Shown piece by piece: positions 1 through 12,968 of a stretch of 64,000 nucleotides of DNA. The notes beneath the pieces are model-generated. The model was not told the DNA's origin. It did not search any database and worked only from the letters and a program-made list of their open reading frames with translations. The DNA comes from Lama guanicoe (taxonomy: Eukaryota). Positions within the stretch are counted from its first letter, which is position 1. Every line of letters starts with the position of its first letter. A program made the position numbers and the translations under genes. Where the stretch lies: assembly GCA_013239625.1 (NCBI GenBank), contig MU054391.1:1486711-1550710 (forward strand), in the 5' to 3' direction.

Positions 1-554
1 CCCCCTCTGACTGCCCCGCCCCCCACCCCACCCCCGCCATCGGCACCGCAGCACAGAGGCAGCGCCCACAGCCGGAGACCCGCGCGCTCCGGACGAGCGT
101 GAGGGGCTCTCAGGGAAATGCAGAGGTCCGCAGGCCCTCCGGGTCCAACGTCTCCCTTCTTCACTGACTGTTTCCTTTCCTTCCTTTTTGGCTGTCCTGT
201 GAAATGCATCCTTTGTGAGGGAAAGGACAGAAGTTATAGCCCAAATCATACCTCCGGTCCAGACGAGGGAGGTGGTGAGGTCTGGCTCCTCATGGATCCG
301 CCCATGAAAACGCCAGGGGACGTGGGCTCAGCAGCTTTCTTCCTGCCCCTTCATCTCCTTCAGGACGAATTTCCTCGGACGAGGTCAGCGCTGCGGGATT
401 TAGATCCCGGAGCCCCTCGGCAGCAACGGCAGACCGACCACGTGAGCAAGAGCAACAGGAAAGGCAGGTATTCACAGAGGAGTCGCTGCGGTCAGCCGTG
501 GCATTAGGGGTTACCGAGGACTCGAGTCACACCTCGAAGCAGCCGAGGTTGTGG

Positions 555-660
555 TTATCACCACCCCATTTTACAGATGAGGAAATGGAAGGTTAATTAT
601 GCGGCTCAAGGTCGTGACGCTGCAGTCAAGGTCAAATGTGAGCGGCTGGGAGCCTGGTCT
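555..660 (-). mobile_element. MIR fragment
   Basis: MIR core ccccattttacagatgaggaaa. Confidence 0.7.
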
Positions 661-3600
661 CCCGGGAGCTCCCCTGGTGCTCAGGAAGAGATGCTGACTT
701 GGCATCGAGGAATTTGTGCCTCCCGGTGGGGGGTGGGCAGGTGAATTCCCGGGAGACAGATCACGGAAGGAGTGGGAACCTGCACCAAACAGCCCCCGCC
801 CCAGCGGGCAGATGGCAGAGCACTTTTTAGATGATTGTAAACAAGCTTCTTAAGAGAAAACAACATGAAACGCCCGGAAGCCCTAACCCAGGATTTCTTC
901 ACCAGCGTGTTGCTAGTTGGAGAGCCCTGAGGTCCGTGTGCAGTTTCACCCTCAAGGCCTCCCTCCTCAGTGACGGGCAGGGAGAGCCCCGAGCCTGCCC
1001 AGGCCCACTGGGAGGCTGAGCTGCCCCCAGCCTCGCTCCTGGGGACCTCGGTCTCGCAGAGCCTGACCACCGCCAGCCTTGGCGCTGGGCCTGAGCCCTG
1101 CGTGTGGCCCGGGACACACGATGTCACCAGAGGGCCGACTCAAGAAGCACAGGGGCCTGGGTTGACAGCACGTGCACCCTGGCGGGGAGGGGTGGGCCTG
1201 GAGCCAGTGGTGAGTCCGAGGCCCAGCGGGGAGGGCCGGGGGACCGCACAGGTCAGGGAAGGCCCAGAGGAGCCACGGTCAGAGGGACTGAGGGTTCCGC
1301 CCTCTGCTCAGGGGCACGGGGACAGTCAGCGTCCGCGGACCGCGAGGTCTGGTGAAGGCCAGAGCCCCCGCGGCCAGCACGGCACCTCTGAGAGAAGCGT
1401 GCCCGCCGCGCTGGCCCCGCGTCCGTCTGGCCCCCAACCGCCTCACCTAACCAGAGCACTCTCCCAGACTCCTTCCTGCCTCTTCAATTTTTAAAGACCA
1501 AATACATGTCCTTCTATTCCATTAAAACCACAAGCAAGTAACCTTCAAACACAGCCTCTGTGCGCTTTTCTGAGCTCAGGGCCAGGCCATGGGCTGCCGG
1601 CTGAAACAGGAGGAGAAAGGCTTTATGAAAATGCGTCCTGTAATGATTTTCCTCTCCGCCCGCAGCAGCTCTGCGCATGTCCCTACCCTGAGTTTTCTCA
1701 GTTAAAATCACAACACACACTTACATTTCCAGCCTCCTGAAAACTCCTTTTCTTCCTCAAATCTCATCTGACTCGGTGCCCACAGCCCCTCCCGTCTCTC
1801 CCAGACGGGTCAGCCCGCAGAAGCCGAGGACCACTGCTCAGGGGTCCACCGTCCTTCCGGGCCGCGTGTCCCCCGGGGACTCCAGCCTGTTCCGCAGGTG
1901 ACCATCTTGGCTATCACCTCTCCTCTGAAGACTTCTCTGTTGAGTTCAGTCCTGGAGCCTTTCCTCGCTGCCATGAAGGCCACCTTCTATCCTGAGTGAC
2001 AGGGACCCGCAGCAGGCAGGCATGTCTGGGCTTAGGGCTCCGTGCCCTGGCGTGGCCTTGGCCTGCTCTGGCAGGCTGCTAGCTTAGCCACACCCCTCCA
2101 GGCCCTGTCCAGCCACCAGAGGGCTCCGAGGGGACCCTCCACCGCCACGTCACCCCACGGCGAACGTCAGCTGGCTGGGAAGGACTTGCACGGCCAGGCC
2201 AAGGAGCCCGGGTTGGGGGGGGTGCAGAGAGGGACAGTAGGGCAGGGCTGCAGCTCCAGAGGCTGCGCCCACGGCACATGTGTGTGGAGAAATGCCTGTC
2301 TCACAGGAGGCTGGAGTCTCGTGCAGTGAGGACTGTCACCGTCCTGCAGAGGACATGATGCCCCACAGCTGGAGAAACCGCTGTGAGAACCGGGTGCTCG
2401 AGCCAGCCCTGGGGGAGGTGGGGGGGTGGCAGGAGCAGATGGCCTGGAGGGGATGGGGGAGGAGACCTGGTGCTAACTGGGGAGGCAGATGGCCGGCCCA
2501 GGCTGCAGGTGGGCGTGCCTGAGGCCTGGGCTCTTCCCAGGGAGCAGAGACGGGGTGCACGTGCCATCCCCCCCCCAGAAAACATCTGCCTTGGTGCATA
2601 GGGTCACAGGTGCACAAGTGTATCTCTTAGCACACAGTGATGCTTATTGAATAAAAAATTAATTGTGAAAGGAACTTCATGGCTCATCCTAAAGATGATG
2701 CAATTTTTTCTAAACTGGAAATAAGTGCTGACACTCCCGCCTTGAAGGGTTATAAAAGCCGCTCCTGCCGCCTCAGCCGGCCTAGGCGGCAGTGAGGATG
2801 CACCACGCCCTGGGGCTGAAACAGCTCACGTCCATCCACCAGTTCTGGGGCTGGGAGACGGAGACCACGGCCCGACCGACTCAGAGCCTGCTGAGGGCCT
2901 GCCTCCTGGGTCGCGGACGGCGTCCCCTCGCTGTGTCCTCACCGGCAGGACCGGGAGGACTGGGTGGGCGCTCTCTGGGTCCCTGACGTGAGGACACTGA
3001 TCCCATCCTGAGGTCTGCTCTCACAGCCCCATCGCTGCCCGAAGACCCCACTCCAGACAGCACCACATGGGAGGCAGGCTCCAGCCTGAGGCCTTGTACA
3101 GGCGCAGCCCACGGCGCCCGCCCACATTTCCAGCGTCACTCCCACCAGTCCGGCCCCGAGAGGCCGGCTTCCCTCCTTGAGCTGGTGAGTCAGTCAAGGA
3201 AAGGGGGGACGGCGGTGTAGAGCCACTGCTGCCCAGAGGCACGTTGGGAGGGGCCGGATAGGGCCCCCTCTGCCTCTGCCAGGAAACAATTTCCCCAGGA
3301 GACCCACTGGGGCAGGGGTCAGAGGGAGAGGCGCCCCGTGTTTGGGCTGAGGCGGGCACCCCGGCTCATGTCTGGTCCTTAGGGCATCACCCATCGCCAA
3401 CATGGTCTCTCCAGGGACTTCTGCCGGGGATCCCCGTGCACACGGAGGCTTCTCTGCAACAGGACCCCAGGGGCGTGCACAACGGGACCCTCAGTGCCTA
3501 TAGGTGCAGACGGCCCGAGCAGCTGGCGGAAACCAAGCTGCAGCACGGCTTGGGGACATTGCCTGGCTTCCAAACAGGCCCGGCCACTGACGTCCCAGGG

Positions 3601-6439
3601 ACCGCAGGCATCCCGGACCCCCTCCGAGAGCTGCTTCGCACTCAAATGTCAGGTTGTCCCACTAGAGTGACTCTGCGTTGTCTTTCTCCAGGGGACCCAG
3701 TGAGGCTGTTTCATCTTGGATTTTCTGGACGGGATCTTTAAACATGACTGTTCCTGATTCGGCTCTCCTGCTGTGAATCCCTGCTCACCGCTTCCCACCC
3801 CTCCCCGCTCGGTGCCCCATCAATGTGCTTATGTTTCTAATGCTACCAAAAAACATCCATCATGCACTTAAACCTGATGAGATCTGATTAATTTGGGGGC
3901 CTGGAGGGAGCAGGAGTGTGAGGGGAAGAGCCTGGACCAGGGCCACCTCTCGAAGGACGCCGACCCTGAGGGACCACACCAGGAACGCCCTAGACCAGGC
4001 AGGAGGGGACCCGCTGTGACAACAGACAAGGAGGGTGTGCATGGTGCTCAGAGCTGAGAGCCCCCAGGGACTCAAAACAAAGAAACAAAACTCTCTTGTT
4101 CTCTCAAGTAACCTAATTTCTAAGGTTTACTTAGCGAAACTTTAAACATTTAACATTTTAATTTGTACATGTTTAACATAGAAAATAGTACAGGAAGGCT
4201 GCTGAGAGAGGGGGGCGGAGGGTGGAAGCGGGCGCCAGGCCCCCAACCCCCTCCCCACCCAGCCCTGCTCCCGGGAGGCGCCCGCGGCCCTGGCTCTGGT
4301 CCAGTCCTCTGCTCAGCTCCACGCCTTCCAACGAGGTTAAAGCCCCGTCTCGATCGCCTTCCGGTGGTGTTGCTGCCCCTCCTGGGATGGACGAGGACGC
4401 GGCTCCTGACCGCTGCTGCCCCTCCCAACGCGGCTGCACCTACTCTTCCAGCTGCGTTTCCACTGCGCCTCCCGGCGGGGATCTCAGGGCACTCATGGGT
4501 CTCCCTAAGACGGGTGTCCCACTGCCACCTCCTCTCCGCTCCCACACCGCCTCCAGTGTTGACAGCGACGCTTCACCTGCTAAGGCTGGTAACACCCACG
4601 TTCTATTTTTACTCATAATTAAGTCTCCTGTGCTTTGTCTAGAGTCTAAAAAGTTGAAAACCAATGAACCTGAATTCGTTAGCATAGCTAATCACCGTCA
4701 CAGACGAGCCCCAAAATGGGAAGCGGCACAAACACGGCCATTGTCTCCTGCGTCCTGAGAGGACTCCAGCCACGGAGCAGCCACCACGCGGGACCCAGGC
4801 TGGGCACAGCCACCCTGGCCGCGTGCCTCCCGTCACCCCCATCAGCCCGCAGCACTGCCCAGAGGACCCCGCGCGGGCACCCCCACGGCCAGGCCAGGCC
4901 GGGTGCCGCAGGGGTCACTTCTACCCCGTCTCGGGGTCCCTCCCGCCCACACAGATGTGAGGGAGACCCTCTGGCCACCACTGCCCGGCTCTGCCCACAG
5001 GCCTGCCTCCTGGACGGCGTGAGCTTCGGAGCCGTGGAGCCAGGACTGCCTGCAGGTCAGACGTCCCCCACTCAGAGGCGGCGGCTCCTGGTGCCAGACT
5101 CAAGGGGATTTTCCCTTTTAACACGTTGCCAAGGCTTCAGGACCAACCCTGGTTCCTACTGAAATGCATCTGGGGCGTGCACTTATTCCAGAGTTTTTCC
5201 CTTAGAATTTTCAGTTCCTCTTCCTCATTGAGACAGAAGAAATATCAGCCACCCTCACCACCATCCCAGCTGCATGTGAAATTCCTGCATCTCGGGCAGC
5301 GCCAGAACGCCATCCGTTGGCAGCTGCGCTGACCCCCATGACCTCTGGCTCCACTTGGGACCAGCCGTTCCGTATTTGGGCTGTAACTTCTGATTTCTCT
5401 CAGAGGAGAGGCAGAACTTTGCTGAAACCTCCCAACTGTACACCGAGCACTGTGCCGGCATTTTCATAAATTCCCTCATCCCAGACTCCTCGGGGAAAAG
5501 GAGCATCGTTAAAAACGCACAAAAAGGACACTGACGCACAGAGTGCCGAGCCTGGGGTGAGAGGGGCGAGCAGGGCCTGCGCCATCTGCTCGGCTCCGGA
5601 GTCAGGGCTCTTCTGAGCACATCGGAGCTGTGTCCAAACACCGTGCTGCCACCACACAGCCACCAGGCTGCTGTCCCTCCACCGTGCTGCTGCGGCACCT
5701 GGCGCCCAGCCAGTCACAGAAGACACGGAGCCCCTGCCGTGAAAGCGCTCTGAGCGCGCCTAGGACGCGGAGGTCTGCGCTCGGGCTCTGTCTCTGCAGG
5801 GCCCAAGTTCAAGTTGTTTGGTGCAAACCAGCGTGACCCCCGTGTGACTGAACAAGCCTCTCACACGTGCCCCCCTTCCCAGTGTGTGGCAACCGGAGAC
5901 TGAATCCTAGAGTCCCCAGAACTTCTCCCCAGGACCAGGAGACCACGTCAGCCGGCGGCCCCACACTTCAGCAAGAGCAGCCGAGGCTCCACGTGGGGAT
6001 TGGGCACCTGAGGACGCTTTGAAGATTTTAAAAATTCAACAAATCGATGTCAGCCCTGCCTACCCCTGCTTCACCTTGCACAGGACACCCCCATGGTCAC
6101 ACCCTGCTCACCACACGCTTTCACACTGTGTGGCCTGGTTTGATTTCTCCGGGGTCTCACACACTCTAACAGGCGCTCCCTACGGCTCTGACTCGGCCGG
6201 GAGCCGCAGTCCTCACAAGCGGGAGCTGAACGGTTCACTCAGCAAAGACTTAGGGGGCCTTCACTGCGTCCCTGGTGCTCTGGGTGCTGGGGATGGTGAC
6301 GGAAATGTCCCGTGCCCAGGCGGTGGGGGTGGGTGCACATGGCACCAGGTACACACAAGCTGGGATGCGCACGGATGAAACCAGGGAGATGGGAACAAGA
6401 CTGCGGGTTCACACCCGTGCCGGTACCCCAGGCATGCGG

Positions 6440-6560
6440 CTGCCTATAGTCTGCCAAGATGCTGTTACTGGGGGAAACTGGGTAGAGTACGTGGGTTCTT
6501 TCCACGTCACTTCTTACAATCAATGAATCTACAACTATATCAAAATAAACAGTTAAAAAT
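6440..6560 (+). mobile_element. L1MC/MD-type 3' end
   Basis: caagatgctgttactgggggaaactgggta...tcttacaatcaatgaatctacaactatatcaaaataaa matches a recalled ancient L1 3' end. The SINE at 6572 sits in its A-rich tail. Confidence 0.7.
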
Positions 6561-6571
6561 AACAAAAGGGC

Positions 6572-6700
6572 GGGGAGGGCACAGCGCAGGGGCAGAGCGC
6601 GTGCCTAGCATGCCCGAGGTCCCGGTTCAATCCCCGGCACCTCCACTAAGAAATAAATAAATCAAATTAACGGGCCTAACTACACCACCACCAGCCAAAG
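6572..6700 (+). mobile_element. tRNA-Ala-derived SINE (camelid vic-1-like), diverged copy
   Basis: GGGGAGGG head, B box GGTTCAATCC and A-rich tail. Aligns over ~73 nt with the copy at 17133. Confidence 0.8.
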
Positions 6701-9071
6701 AAACAGAGTAACACTTACGAGTTCTCATCACACACAAAACATTTTTTAAAAAATAAAAATAAAAGAGAGGGAAACCCAGATTTCTTTGTCTTACCCCCAG
6801 AGACTCTGACCCAGTGGTAGGCTGGGCCTGGAGACGGACACACGAACTCCCCAGGGACCCGGCGGCCACTGGGAGGAGGGCCACCCCCCAGGGCGAGGGC
6901 GAGGGCGGCGGCAGCTTGGCCCCTCTCCTCCCATCACGGGGCAGAGGCAGCCGGTTCCCAGGAGTGTGCGCCGGGGCTGCTGCTGTCACCACGCAGGTGC
7001 GCGCCTCCCTCCACTTCTACCACCTGGTTTCTTAAAGGAGCTTCCAAACATTTTAACCATCCCACAAATCAAATCGTGGGCAGCGCGCGCTCCCCCACGG
7101 CGCCCTCCTTGCTTAATTAAACCACATCTACCAAGTGGCAGGGACAGGCCGTGTGTGCTGTTTCCTGGAACACTGTGCCAGGAAGTCCTGTCGCCAGAGT
7201 GAGCTCCCCCAAGCAGAGTCCCTTCTCAGGCTCCTCGCTGGCCCCCGATGGCTGTCCAGGCACAATGCCCGGGGACCATGCTGTTCAAGGACACCGCGGT
7301 CATCGGGGGGAGGGGGCTGCCGGTCGGCAGACTGCTGCGCTGTGTCGTTACCTGCAGATCTCACGTCCCGTCAAAGTTAAGGGGTGATTAACCATTTTTC
7401 TCTGTGTACTTGGAGTGATGCTCAAAATTATATAATAATAACACCTTGTCTTTATGGACTCCTCCCTCCAAAAGGTTCAAAATCTTCCAGTGACTGCCTC
7501 GATTTCTCTCTCAGCATTGCTGTGAGAGGAAAAAAGTAATCCTATTGGGTCAGATTAAATTATAATCTACCCCACTGGGTAGGGGTAAAACTGAGACCAG
7601 AGAGGGAAAGTCACTCATCAGAAGTCCAGCATTTTCCTCAGGGCTCAGTCCAGGGAGAGGCTCCAGTGGCCGTTAAGACTGCACCTGGTGGGGGGGGAGG
7701 GACAGTGGCTGCTTCGTAACAGACAGGCCAGCGTCTCAGCCCAGTGACGCCCGCTGGCCACTCACGGCGCAGGCGGACAAGGGCCAGGCAGCCGTGGTGG
7801 CACGTCCTCTCTACCCAGGGACTCGGGGCCCCCCCAGCGCATCGCCCCACAGCAGCCGCAGAGGCCTCGCTGACCGTCCGTGCTCAGCCAGCGGCCAGGG
7901 CAGCCCCCCGGCGGGAGGGCCGGCGGGGGGGTCCAGGCCGGGCGGGGGTCCAGGCCGGGCTGGGAGGCACGCACGCGGGGCCACAACCAACCGCGAGAGG
8001 TGCCAAGGTGCGGGCGCGCGCGAGCCCCGGTGTTCTGACCGGGACAGCTGCCAGCGCCATCCGCCTTCTTTGGGAAGAAATCGAAGGAGAAGAAGGAAAT
8101 GAAGAAAAACCCATGCCAACCAGCCCGGCACTTCAGCGTCCCGAGAAAATCCCGAGAAAAGAAACCGCGGTCCACCTGCTTCTCAGGAGGATCTGCTCGC
8201 CCCCAGACGCGCCTTCTTCCTTCCCTTTCTCCTTCTTGGAAAAGGTGAGTCGCCTCTGGCACCGGCCAAGATGGAGCAGGGCCACCGAGGCTGCGCCTCC
8301 CTGCCCACAGCCGGGAGTGGCCCCAGCAGGCGGGCTGGGAGGGGCCGGGCTGGCGTGGCCAGCACGGTGCGGGGGCCTCTCCTCGTCTCCTCCCTTGTCT
8401 CCGCTTCGTGCTAAGTGCAGCCTGCGTCTCGGGACGCCCAGTGAGCAGGACGGGGGACTGAGGGAGAGCCGCTCTTTCGGCCAGAGGACAGGGAAAGGGG
8501 CTCTGGGGGGCAGGGAGGGCTGGGGGAGCACCAGGGGTCCCCTCCCTCTTCTTTCTCTCCTGGCCCCACTCCAAGGCCAGCTCCAACCATGAAGATCCGG
8601 CCGTAGCCCTGGTAGACGCTCCTAAAACGCCAGGAAAACCCACCCCTCTGTGGGGAATTGGGAAAATGGGCCCCTGTGTCCCAGAGGATTTGGGGGAGTC
8701 CTAATTTTTTCTCTGTTTTTCTCTCTTGCCATGTTGCCCTGGAAACCACCCCAATTCTGTGAAACTGCACTATGGTGCGTGGAGTGGGGGGGCGGGGGGT
8801 GTGAGTCAAGACACAGAGGAACCAGAGCTTTGTAGCCAAAGGACTCGGACGCCGAGACCCCTGGGGCGCCCCGCAGGGAGAGGGCTCAGACGGCGGTGTG
8901 CTGATTCTGTGTGGGCCATGGCACGAGTCCCTGGCACTTCCGGCTGCTCACGTGGAGCATGTCCACGGGGGCACAGTGGGGCTCTGAGGCCGAGCCCACA
9001 CTGAGGTCGCTTCCCGCAGATGGTGAGAGAGCACTTGTGGCCTGAACCCAATATTCTCCACGGGACGTAAG

Positions 9072-9273
9072 CACGAGCTTCTCCGCCTCCACACTGTTGG
9101 TATCTCAGACTGAATGACTCTTTGGGGGGGGGGGCGCTGTTCATGCCTCGGAGGACGTTTAGCAGCCTCCCTGGCTTCTCCCCACCCGACACTCCACAGT
9201 CGGGACAGCCACAGCGGTCTCCAGACATCACCAAACGTCCCCTGGGGGCAGCCCCCTTTCTCGAGGGCCACCA
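9072..9273 (-). mobile_element. MER20 (hAT-Charlie non-autonomous DNA transposon)
   Basis: ggacgtttagcagcctccctgg...gtctccagacatcaccaaacgtcccctgggggca is the reverse complement of the recalled MER20 core. Confidence 0.8.
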
Positions 9274-9339
9274 ATTTAAACAGAGCTCAGCACTTGATGA
9301 CGCGGCATCCAGCACACCCAGAACATAGCCCAGCATTGC

Positions 9340-10990
9340 TCGCCGTACTAATCCAGGAAAACCTGACCGATTCTCAGGGGTGAAGACCTTCAGCCCATGT
9401 CAACCGTGAGATGGCCCAGATGTTTGAGTCCGGAGACTTCTGAGCGGCAGTTATGACCATGCTCTATGGAATCAAGGTGAACGCTCTCAGAACAGAGGGA
9501 GAAACAGACGTCTCAGCAGAGAAGGAGAAACTATGGGAAAAAACCCAACGGGCATTGGAGAGCTGAAAAATAAAATGTTAGAAGTAAAATTTAAAAATCA
9601 CAAGGATGCTTCAGGAGAAGAATGCAGACAACAAAAAAGAGTCAGAGAACTTGAAGACAGAGGCGAATCAACTACTCTGTCTGAAGAACAGAGAGCAAGA
9701 GTGAGGGGGAAAAGGCCCAGCCGAGGAAGCCGTGGGACAGATTCAGCCTCTGACAAGGAGACCCCGAGTCAAGATCCCCTGGAAGATTCCACCGAACACT
9801 GAAGGGAGGAGATGGACGCCCTTCACACACTTGCTTCCTGAAAAGAGGAGAGAGAGCATTTCATGAGGCTGGCGCTGCTCCGGGGCCGACACAGGCCAAG
9901 ACATTGCAGTGAAGCAAGCAGCAGGCCGACATCCCTCAGGGACACAGACGCAAACTCCGCAACCAAATACTAGCCAACGAAACCAGCCGTATTTTTAAAA
10001 GATACCAGATCACAACCAAGAAGCTGGAAAGTTAGGCTGGTCAGCCTTTGAAAATCAATCCATGTGATTCACCGCATGAACAGACCACAAAGAAAACCTG
10101 TATGAGCACGTCTCTCGGCACAGGAAAAGGACTCAGCAAAGCTCAACATCGCTCGTGACGAAAGACTAACTCAGGAAAAAGGATATGGAAAGGAATGTAT
10201 GTACGTGCATGTCTGACTGAAACACGACGCTGTGCACCAGGAATTAACATAACGCTGTAAACTGACTCTACTTCAATTGAAAAATGCAAAACAAAACAAA
10301 AAAACCTCTCAGATTAATAGGACTAGAAGGGAGCTTCCTCCACCAGCTACGGGGCTTCTGCAAAGTCCCACTCACTGGTCCAAGGCTGAGGTCAGGAGCA
10401 GGGCGAGCATGTCCCCTCCGCACGAGACAAGATACAGAAACAAAGGGCGTGCAGAGTGGAAGCGAAGACATCAAGCTGTCTGTTTCTCATGGAACGTGAC
10501 GTCCACCTGGAAAATCCCAAGTATTTTTTTACAGAAAGATCCTAGAACTAGTAAGTGAGTTTGGCACGTGAGGCGTTAGTGAAGGGCAGACACACAGGCC
10601 AGTGGGACAGAACACAGCCCAGCGGCCCCACACAGAGATCATGACGTGACTTTCAACCAAGCTGCAAAAGCAATGCAAAGGTGCACCTCTGCAGCGCAAG
10701 GCGCTTGCTAACGGCGATGCGGCAGAGCGAGCCTCGTCGGCCCTTGTCTAGTGCGCGGACGTTAACCCAGACGGGTCACAGGCCCGACTGAGCACGAGGC
10801 TTGCAAGGATTTTCAATGCAAACGGGGAGAAGACCTTTCAGACTACATGTCAGGCAGTCAGGTTTTAGACATGACACCAAAAGCATGATCCGTGAAAGGA
10901 AAACAATGACTAAATTAGATTTTTTAAACTGTTGCTCTGTGGAAGAAACGGTTGAAAAGAATTTTAAAAGCAAGCAAACAAATGAACAAA
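9340..10990 (+). mobile_element. Ancient L1M fragments (ORF1- and ORF2-derived), interrupted by a younger L1 3' stub
   Basis: A-rich ORF1-like stretch (KRVRELEDR) at 9530-9700. ORF2-like DNA (e.g. aaatactagccaacgaaaccagc, gaaaatcaatccatgtgattcacc) at 9780-10990. Boundaries approximate. Confidence 0.75.
10175..10300 (+). mobile_element. Short lineage-specific L1 3' end nested in the older L1
   Basis: gactgaaacacgacgctgtgcaccagg...tgtaaactgactctacttcaatt is homologous to the 3' end of the L1 at 40310-40380, followed by an A-rich tail. Confidence 0.8.
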
Positions 10991-12272
10991 CAAGCCAGTA
11001 GCAGCCCAAATGGCCTCACACTGAAAGGGAAGTACTGTCAGTCCTCGTAAATGTGTCTTTCCCTCGTTCAGCTCTCACAGACCGGGTCTTAGTCTGGAAA
11101 GTGTTCATGTTATTTCAAAACAGGCAGCTCCCGTATCCCCACCCCCGTCAGACGGCCAGAGAACAGTGCAGGTCACCGCCACGGGCAAGTCCTGAAGGTC
11201 AGACGTGACAAACTCCAAGGAAAGCAGGGGACCAGCCCCCTTGCACAGGACGGGCAGCAGGTGCAGCGGACTGGGTGCTTCTCTGGAGCAGACCCCTCCA
11301 TCCCGCCCAATGCCTTTCCAAATGGCCTCGACGCCCGAGAGCCTGATTTATTGTCGCTGGCGGTGTAAGTGGACCGCCGCTGCATTTCTGGCATGAGGCC
11401 GGCCGGCCTCGCCCTCTAATCTTGGGAGTTTGCTCCGAATACGGAGGTTCTGTTCTCCAGCCTATTCCAAGGCTGCAAGTTAGAATGCTCTTCATTTGAT
11501 AACAAGAAAAAGAAAGTTTACCCACAGAAGGAGAGAGAGATAAATCAGATTTCTCTGTCTTCCGTATGGAAGAGATGAGGAGAGACTTACTGATTCATGT
11601 ATGAGAATTGTTCACATCACGCAGGGGATTGGCTTTGTGGTTCTAATTTTAAAAGTGAGTTAGTAAACTCTCTGGTGACTGGGGTGGCTGGGGGACGTGT
11701 GCTTGGTTGACTGGATAATCTCAAAAGAGTTAACGCAGTGGCCTTGGGTGAATCCCCAATTTCAATAAATCAGCAGGTGAACAAGGGTAACACTGACATT
11801 TTATTGAAACTAATTTATTTGCTTCTTCCGAGTCTTGGCCACAGTCACCAGCATCAATTATCGACGTTACCCAGATGGAGGGAGCGGGCCTGGGAGGAGA
11901 TTCTGACTAACGGAGATGGAATTCTGCTGCACCTTTGTAAGCACAAGGGCAGCCGGGGCGAGCATCTTCATGGGAGAGAAGGTCCCGGGGTTGGTTGGAC
12001 GCGTCTTTCAGAGTCACCCCGGGACCTCGCGCATCACCCCTCACCTCACCTTCCGCTCCATCCCAGGACGGACGCGTCCCTTCCTCTCTGACTCTGCAAA
12101 TCTATCTGGGTAGACGCAACTTTACGCACGATTATGACAGCAGCCCCTGGCTAGTCCATCTTCCAGGCAACCCTCGAGGCGGCTTCTCAAATTCACGTCT
12201 GAGCAGGGCGTGCACACAGGCAGCCCCGCCCACTCCCTTGGCCCAGCTGAGCCACCTCCACCCACCCACCCG

Positions 12273-12338
12273 NNNNNNNNNNNNNNNNNNNNNNNNNNNN
12301 NNNNNNNNNNNNNNNNNNNNNNNNNNNNNNNNNNNNNN
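12273..12338. other. Assembly gap (66 N)
   Basis: Run of N following a C-rich tract. Confidence 1.
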
Positions 12339-12540
12339 TCCCCGCACATCGCGGGGCAGCCCAGCAGCCGGGCACAGCCTTAGGTGTTCGTCGCCCCGCA
12401 TCTGCCCGAGGCCGCTTCACACGGCGGCCTCTGCCTCTTTGCCGATCTTTCACCTCATTTGAAACCTTCGATATTTTACCTCTGTTCTAATTCTGCCTGG
12501 GATTAGGTGACACGTTCACCCGTCTGTCAGTCTCATCTGG

Positions 12541-12968
12541 TGTCAACGAAAAACCAGAGCTGGGCCGTAGTCATAGAGACAAAAACAGACTTTATTCGGG
12601 AGAAAATAGGAGAAAAAGGCATGTGTGCAGAGCCAGGCTCAACCCCAAGTACCGCAGCAGCGAAGGGGAGTTCCCAGCCGGGGAGCAGTTGCAGTCGGCA
12701 GACGGGAAGTTACTCGGAGGAAACGTTGAGGGGTCGAGGGGCAGTTTGGGTGAACTGACCCAGCGGCGGTCTTGCTGAAGGCAGACGGGACTGTCACCTG
12801 GGGTGGACCTGATTAGAGTGCAGATGGGGAGCTCCAGCTAAACCAACTTAGCAGGACGCTTGCTAAAGCTGGATGATGCGGAGATGGATACAGAAGCCCA
12901 GGAGTCGAGCCCCAGTGGAAAAGCTCAGGGGAGCCTGCGCAGTTCGGTCAAGGAGGGAGTCTTGGTCA
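12541..12968 (-). mobile_element. Solo ERV1 LTR, MER31-like
   Basis: Minus strand begins TGACCAAGACTCCCTCCTTGACC and ends ...TTGACA (TG..CA), with an internal AATAAA. Flanks CTGG/CTAG may be a 4-bp TSD. Confidence 0.7.
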
